Positions 52,958-57,874 of a stretch of DNA of 57,874 bases are shown here, in pieces. The DNA is taken from the NCBI GenBank assembly GCA_036488585.1, contig DASXHH010000007.1:1-57874 (forward strand), in the 5' to 3' direction. This DNA is from Candidatus Saccharimonadia bacterium (GTDB lineage Bacteria > Patescibacteriota > Saccharimonadia > UBA4664). The notes below the pieces were generated by a model. It was given only the letters and a program-made list of their open reading frames with translations, did not search any database and was not told where the DNA came from. Positions within the stretch are counted from its first letter, which is position 1. Every line of letters begins with the position of its first letter. Position numbers and translations under genes: made by a program.

Positions 52958-54538
52958 ATGACTCAAATTTGGCCCCTGTCAGCATCCGGCTGGCAGCCCC
53001 AGACCATGACCATATCGGCCTACCTCGCCGGCTTGCTCGACCTCCGCGGAGGGCTCAAGGCCTCGGACGCTGAATACGGCTACCTGTTTGGCCGCGACTC
53101 CCTGCGCACAGCCAAGGCGCTAGCCTCGAATCACCCCAATGCCGCACTGGAAATCCTAGCCGTACTGGCCGGTTTCATGGGTGTAAAAACCGATCCGGCC
53201 ACCGGCGAATTCCCGAACGCCATCCCGCACCAGGTCTACCGCCAAGTAGAAAACGGTCTGTTCGTCCCCGACGAACTCGGCACACTCATCGAAAAGTGGC
53301 CGGCGGGCTGGGGCATTCCTATCGAAACCAACCAGCACTTCGGACGACATTTCGTCACCTACAATGCCAGCGACGTCCAACCTCTGTTTGTCATCGTGCT
53401 CGCGCGATTGCACCGCTTGCACCCACGCCAGCAGATCCTCACCCGGCGTTTCACGCACTGGGCAACCGGCGAACCCCGAACCCTGGGCGAAGCCGCCGAG
53501 CGAGTATTGGGCCACATCGCTCGCATGATAGGCATATCCGACCTGGAGCTATACGAGGTTCCTAGCACCAACCCTAGGCAAACCAGCCCCAGCGGCGTAC
53601 TGTTCGACGCTTTCGACGCCTACATGCACCCCACGCCGCAGGGCCCGAAGCCGATTAACTGGACGCGTGTAGCCTACGTCCACAACCAGTCACTAGCCTA
53701 CGAGGCTCTGCTGTGCGGCCACGATCTTGGCCTCCGGCCAGATGGCCCCTCCTGGACCGACCTAGCGCGCTCACTCCGCCGCCACGCCATTAGCCGCTTC
53801 GAGCTCGACGACGGCAGCAACGTCCTACCACCCGCCGCCATCGACCGCACGCCGCAGGGCCAACCCCGACCGGTCCGGCTGCAAAGCCTGGCCGTTCTGG
53901 AGCTGCTAGCCGGCCGGTTCCTACGCGACCTCCCGTTCGCGCCCGACCTCGTCTGCCAGCTGATCAAATGGCTCTACAACCCCGAGGTACTCACGCCAGT
54001 GGGTGGGCGCTGCCAACCGTTGGTTTACGCATGGTCCGAAGGAGGCTACGCACCTTACCAGGGTACGGCCAGCGTCTGGGCCATTATGCAATGGATCGTC
54101 GCCGAGGGCCTACTAGACTGGGAGCTCTACCCGCTATTCCACGACCTGGCCATACATCGCATGGCTGCCGGCCTGGACCGGTCGGGCTCCGGCCTGGAGT
54201 TTTGGCCGGTTCATCGCGAAACCGGACTGGTCTGCTACCATCCCGACCAGACTAATCGGCACCGCCACGGCCTAGAGATGGCCTTTGCCGAACTACCCCA
54301 AGCCCGCCAGAGTTGGAGCCTCGCCTCAGGCTACGCCGCCTTGGGCAGACTAGCTGAGGGGTACCCGAATCTACAGCGGGGCAGCTGGCAACGCCGGCTA
54401 GTCCGCGAGGCATTGGCTGTGGCCAAGTCCATTCCACCAGCCGCAACCATGCGCCCCGAAGTTCCAATCTATATCAACACCACTCTGGGTCGCCGGCTCC
54501 AAACCGAGCGCATCCGCAGTCTGGGACTTCCGGCCTAA
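52958..54538 (+). CDS. six-hairpin glycosidase-like protein (amylo-alpha-1,6-glucosidase / GDE_C-like)
   Basis: Blocks GYLFGRDSL, NAIPHQV, NASDVQPLF, HNQSLAYEALL, LTPVGG and YQGTASVW are colinear with the GDE_C pattern as I recall it. The longest ORF starts at 52757 and would overlap PAP2 by 166 nt, so ATG 52958 is preferred. Confidence 0.55.
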   Translation: MTQIWPLSASGWQPQTMTISAYLAGLLDLRGGLKASDAEYGYLFGRDSLRTAKALASNHPNAALEILAVLAGFMGVKTDPATGEFPNAIPHQVYRQVENGLFVPDELGTLIEKWPAGWGIPIETNQHFGRHFVTYNASDVQPLFVIVLARLHRLHPRQQILTRRFTHWATGEPRTLGEAAERVLGHIARMIGISDLELYEVPSTNPRQTSPSGVLFDAFDAYMHPTPQGPKPINWTRVAYVHNQSLAYEALLCGHDLGLRPDGPSWTDLARSLRRHAISRFELDDGSNVLPPAAIDRTPQGQPRPVRLQSLAVLELLAGRFLRDLPFAPDLVCQLIKWLYNPEVLTPVGGRCQPLVYAWSEGGYAPYQGTASVWAIMQWIVAEGLLDWELYPLFHDLAIHRMAAGLDRSGSGLEFWPVHRETGLVCYHPDQTNRHRHGLEMAFAELPQARQSWSLASGYAALGRLAEGYPNLQRGSWQRRLVREALAVAKSIPPAATMRPEVPIYINTTLGRRLQTERIRSLGLPA

Positions 54539-54541
54539 GCA

Positions 54542-54569
54542 CTCCCTCGGTCAGCACTGACCGGGGGAG
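54542..54569 (+). terminator. hairpin after the GDE-like gene
   Basis: CTCCCTCGGTCAG (54542-54554) / CTGACCGGGGGAG (54557-54569), 13 bp with one G-U pair. Confidence 0.5.
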
Positions 54570-54575
54570 TAACCT

Positions 54576-55208
54576 TTGGCACTTGCACCCGCCGGCGCTT
54601 GCCGTCATGCTAATTTAGTGAATCTAGCCGTCATTATCACCACTTTCGCCATCATTTTGCCAGCTGAGCTCCCCGACAAAAGCATGATTGCCGCACTCGT
54701 ACTCGGCACAAGGTTCCGACCGCTCTACGTCTACCTCGGCGTCATCACCGCCTTCGCCGTACACGTCGTAATTGCCGTTATCGCGGGTAGCCTCCTCTCT
54801 AAGCTGCCCCGGCAGCCACTTGAGCTGATAGTGGCGCTCCTATTCCTGATCGGCGCTTATTTGCTACTAAAACACCACGGGGGAGAAGGAGACGCCGAAA
54901 AACTCACGTCTAAGCCGCCCGACCGTCCATCTTTCTGGAAAGTCGTCTCACTGGGCTTCATGGTGATATTCATTCCCGAATTCGGCGACCTTACCCAAAT
55001 TGCCACCGCCAACCTCGCCGCCAAATTCCATGATCCGCTCTCCGTAGGCCTCGGTAGCTTACTAGCCCTCTGGACCGCCGGCGCCATTGGTGTGTGGGGC
55101 GGCCGCAACCTCCTGCGTCTTATTCCAATAAAATGGTTCACCCGCCTGGCCGCGACCCTGCTCTTCATCCTGGCCCTCGGTAGCTTCGTCACCGCCGCCC
55201 GCTCCTAA
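54576..55208 (+). CDS. GDT1/TMEM165 (UPF0016) family cation transporter
   Basis: Two copies of the E-x-x-D-(K/L)-(S/T) motif: AELPDKSM and PEFGDLTQ. It has 6 helices. It starts at TTG with GGGGGAG 6 nt upstream, and GTG 54618 is an alternative. Confidence 0.85.
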   Translation: MALAPAGACRHANLVNLAVIITTFAIILPAELPDKSMIAALVLGTRFRPLYVYLGVITAFAVHVVIAVIAGSLLSKLPRQPLELIVALLFLIGAYLLLKHHGGEGDAEKLTSKPPDRPSFWKVVSLGFMVIFIPEFGDLTQIATANLAAKFHDPLSVGLGSLLALWTAGAIGVWGGRNLLRLIPIKWFTRLAATLLFILALGSFVTAARS

Positions 55209-55930
55209 GCGATATCAATCCGCACAAACGCCTCAGCATACCTGCAGCCGTACTTCTTTCCCGCCGCCACAGCCCACCTGGTGACGCGGCTTTGTGTAGC
55301 CTCCCAATCCGGTATTTGGCTTTTGTGCTTTGCCAGCGCCTTCAGCTTCACATCCAAAGTCTCGCTAATATCAACGCCGAAATTTTGCTGCTCGAAATTC
55401 GAAAGCAACACAGTCCTCACTTTGTGAGGCTCAAACCCCTCGGCCATCAGTTCCGGAAACGACAAGTGGTCCCGAGCCAGCGGGTATGCCGCATCGAGCA
55501 CCGCTTGCCCAGCCGCCCGATGATCCGGATGGTTAATATAACCACTATCCGCCGAGTACAGTACCGACGGGTCATTGGTCACCATCACATCTGGCCTCAG
55601 TCGCCTAATTGCCCGTGCCACATCACGCTTCACATCCAGACTGTTTTCGAGCATACCGTCCGGATAATCCAAAAACAGCACTTCCTTTAGACCCAAGATC
55701 TTACCAGCTGCCAGCTGTTCCTCACGCCGCTGCTCAATGAGCTTGGCCGGTGGAATATCTCGATCTTCCGTGCCCTTGCTACCATCTGTTAGCACCAGAT
55801 AGCACACGTCAGCTCCAGCCGCCGCCCAACCGGCCATTGCTCCAGCCGCCACAAAGTCCAGGTCATCAGGATGTGCTGCCACCCCTAACACCACCTGAGG
55901 CATCAGTTTTACCGAATATCGCTCTCTCAT
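55205..55930 (-). CDS. PIG-L/LmbE-family deacetylase
   Basis: Contains LGVAAHPDDLDF and INHPDHRAAG. Confidence 0.85.
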   Translation of the reverse strand: MRERYSVKLMPQVVLGVAAHPDDLDFVAAGAMAGWAAAGADVCYLVLTDGSKGTEDRDIPPAKLIEQRREEQLAAGKILGLKEVLFLDYPDGMLENSLDVKRDVARAIRRLRPDVMVTNDPSVLYSADSGYINHPDHRAAGQAVLDAAYPLARDHLSFPELMAEGFEPHKVRTVLLSNFEQQNFGVDISETLDVKLKALAKHKSQIPDWEATQSRVTRWAVAAGKKYGCRYAEAFVRIDIA

Positions 55931-56002
55931 GCACTAACCTTACACCCTTACACGAGAAGCATCGAACCCACCAGCGCACCTACGATAACAGGAGAAGCCC
56001 AA

Positions 56003-56665
56003 TTACGGAGTTACGGTGAAGTCTCCAATCACCTCAGCATGGAGATGATCGTGGAACATGTACGTACCCGACTCGTTTAGAGTAAGCGTCTGCTGCTCCT
56101 GCACACTATTAAGCGCCAGGGCGGCCACCCCTCCGTACGGCTCATGGTTCTCATGGGGACCGAAAGCAATTTCACGCGGCACGTTGTCCTCGTTCATAAA
56201 CATGATCGTGTCACACCTGTGAGCGTCGGTGTGGTAAGGGCTAACAGCGCCGTTCTTAATCACAACCATATGCATTTCGGAATTTCCCACACAAGCGCCG
56301 GTCGCCTTACCGCCGACCTGGCCAATGCCCTCGTCTTGGGCCAATTTCAACTCCGTTTCGGTCGGCGTCATGTTCTCATGCAGGTGGTACATGATCCAAG
56401 TTGTCCCCACCGTCACCACAAAAATTCCACCAACCGTAATGGCAAGGAACTTAGATTGCCAATGTGGTGATTGTTCCCGCCCCAAGTGCAAAAAGAAGAA
56501 AACCTGGACAGCTGCCTGCAAGAGCGCAAATGTCAGTATTGTTCCAAGCAGCACGTTTCCCGTCACTGTATGAGTGACCGCCAAGTAGTACGGTATCAGC
56601 GTAAAGACCAGCGACAGGATAAATCCAATCACATAATTCTGGATTGTACCGTGCTCTTTTTTCAT
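56003..56665 (-). CDS. cyoD: cytochrome o ubiquinol oxidase subunit IV fused to a C-terminal cupredoxin-like domain
   Basis: The first ~110 aa (HGTIQNYVIGFILSLVFTLIPYYL, 3 TM) match CyoD/QoxD. Another ~110 aa follow. ATG 56665 overlaps the cyoC stop as ATGA. Confidence 0.8.
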   Translation of the reverse strand: MKKEHGTIQNYVIGFILSLVFTLIPYYLAVTHTVTGNVLLGTILTFALLQAAVQVFFFLHLGREQSPHWQSKFLAITVGGIFVVTVGTTWIMYHLHENMTPTETELKLAQDEGIGQVGGKATGACVGNSEMHMVVIKNGAVSPYHTDAHRCDTIMFMNEDNVPREIAFGPHENHEPYGGVAALALNSVQEQQTLTLNESGTYMFHDHLHAEVIGDFTVTP

Positions 56666-57303
56666 ACGAGTGCTCGCAAGTAAACGATGGTGAAGATAAA
56701 GATCCAAACGATATCAAGGAAATGCCAGAACAAACTGAGCAAGCTCAGTTTTCGCACTAGACTGTCTTTGAGTCCACGCACCGACACCACGATGAGCGTA
56801 GTCCCCATCCAGAGCAGCCCCGAGGTAATGTGCAGACCGTGTGTGCCGACGAGTACGAAGAACGAAGACAAGAAGCCGTTACTCTGTAACGTATGCCCCT
56901 CGTGGAAAAACTTCGTAAATTCGCTAATCTCCAGCCCCAAGAAGGCGAGACCCATCAAAAAGGTCATGCCAAACCATACCAGCACTTGGTTCTTGTTGCC
57001 CTGCCGCGCCCTGTACATGCCGATGCCACAAGTAAAGCTACTGGTGAGTAGTAGCAACGTCTCAGTCAGCGCTACTGGTTGACTAAAGAGCTCTCGTCCC
57101 GATTCTCCGGCACCAGTATTGCCATGTAGCACTGAATAGGCCGCAAACAGGATCGAAAACATCAACAAGTCGGTCATTAAATAGACCCAGAAACCAAACG
57201 TGGCCCGGTCGCTGGCTGCTTCTTCGTGCTCGCGCAGCTTAGCCTCGTCTATTTTGGGGGCAGCCTGCTTTTCCGGCCCCAGTTTAGCTACAGCTTCCGC
57301 CAT
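56662..57303 (-). CDS. cyoC: cytochrome o ubiquinol oxidase subunit III
   Basis: Contains FGFWVYLMTDLLMFSILFAAY, GTHGLHITSGLLWM and WHFLDIVWIFIFT. ATG 57303 has GAGGAGGA 4 nt upstream. The longest ORF starts at 57360. Confidence 0.9.
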   Translation of the reverse strand: MAEAVAKLGPEKQAAPKIDEAKLREHEEAASDRATFGFWVYLMTDLLMFSILFAAYSVLHGNTGAGESGRELFSQPVALTETLLLLTSSFTCGIGMYRARQGNKNQVLVWFGMTFLMGLAFLGLEISEFTKFFHEGHTLQSNGFLSSFFVLVGTHGLHITSGLLWMGTTLIVVSVRGLKDSLVRKLSLLSLFWHFLDIVWIFIFTIVYLRALV

Positions 57304-57874
57304 TGCTTCCTCCTCACCACATCCAGGCCATACTGGATCAGCCACTTCATCAGTTCCCATACACCCATGTCTTTATCGGGATCGGCTTCAACAGCAGAGG
57401 GAGCCTTAGGTACGTGTCTCAGCCTCTCTTCCTCCATCTTCTTCACCGTTTCCGCTGGAATGGTGTACTCGGTATCTTCGGTGAAGGCCTTTACGCCGAT
57501 ACTCACAATGATCGCTACCAAGCTCACAATCCAAAGCCAGGTAATCTCCCAGACGAACCCCAAGCCGGCCAGAAAGGCGAACAAAGAAATCCAGATGCCG
57601 GCGCTGGTGTTCTTAACGACATGAATATCTTCGTACTGGGGTTTCCCCAGGCCTTTTTGCTTCATCTCCCAAAAGGCGTCTCGAGTAGTGACGGTCGGTG
57701 TCATGGTGATGTTGTAATCCGGCGGGGGAGAGGGAACCGCCCACTCCAGCGACCGACCGTTCCAAGGATCACCCGTCGTGTCGGCCAGACGTTTGCGCTC
57801 AATGATGCTGGCCAAAATCTGAGCCAGCTGGAGAATTACACCGATCATAATGGTAACCCCCCCGATGAGCATAG
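57288..57874 (-). CDS. cyoB: cytochrome o ubiquinol oxidase subunit I, C-terminal part (5' end outside window)
   Basis: The frame is open to the window edge. GDPWNGRSLEWAVPSPPP and the following TM helix are typical of the CyoB C-terminus. Confidence 0.9.
   Translation of the reverse strand, partial: MLIGGVTIMIGVILQLAQILASIIERKRLADTTGDPWNGRSLEWAVPSPPPDYNITMTPTVTTRDAFWEMKQKGLGKPQYEDIHVVKNTSAGIWISLFAFLAGLGFVWEITWLWIVSLVAIIVSIGVKAFTEDTEYTIPAETVKKMEEERLRHVPKAPSAVEADPDKDMGVWELMKWLIQYGLDVVRRKQWRKL

Noticed and set aside
54539-54617. Mn2+ (yybP-ykoY-type) riboswitch upstream of the GDT1-family transporter
   Set aside because: The spacer is under 80 nt and is mostly occupied by a single hairpin, which fits a terminator of the upstream gene. 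That is too short for the four-helix riboswitch.
1-57874. CRISPR arrays, rRNA, tRNA, transposases, integrases
   Set aside because: I looked for regularly spaced direct repeats and for the usual conserved RNA and protein motifs on both strands and found none. The only tandem repeats are coding (PT linkers, ricin domains). A by-eye search can miss degenerate elements.

Overview
Bacterial chromosomal window of about 50 protein genes. The backbone is roughly 53% GC on hand-sampled lines. I saw no rRNA, tRNA, CRISPR array, integrase or transposase. It falls into three blocks. (i) 1-14.6 kb is a mosaic mobile/defence-type island: a Replic_Relax-like protein, DUF3768, an OLD-family ATPase-Toprim nuclease, an EcoRI-family N6-adenine methyltransferase tightly linked to a DUF262+HNH nuclease, DUF2130, DUF3800, DUF2779 and a VirD4/TraD-like coupling ATPase. 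(ii) 14.8-38.6 kb holds transport and housekeeping genes around a dense set of membrane-anchored secreted glycoside hydrolases with Pro/Thr linkers (GH16 x2, GH26-CBM-2xricin, GH5, GH12). This block also has a lone type IV pilin, a NOX-like flavocytochrome/ApbE pair, zwf and a GH38. (iii) 38.6-57.9 kb starts with an ArsR-SRPBCC-VOC-UvrA2-like operon. Next comes a small GC-rich three-gene island of ORFs I cannot place, each with its own near-consensus promoter and hairpin, two of them followed by a repeated 3' element. Then follow typA, SPFH, two divergent KGG stress proteins, MarR-MFS, a second MFS, PAP2, a GDE-like glycosidase, GDT1, PIG-L and the 3' end of a cyoBCD operon whose CyoD carries an extra cupredoxin-like domain. 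Across the window, about a dozen genes have a -10 box only 5-8 nt from the start codon, which suggests leaderless transcripts. The best candidates for something undescribed are the GC-rich cassette island (42.1-44.9 kb), the methylase/DUF262-HNH/DUF2130 module (4.2-7.8 kb) and the short juxtamembrane motif shared by four secreted hydrolases. All family calls come from motif recognition by eye, with no database search. The lineage cannot be assigned from this window alone.
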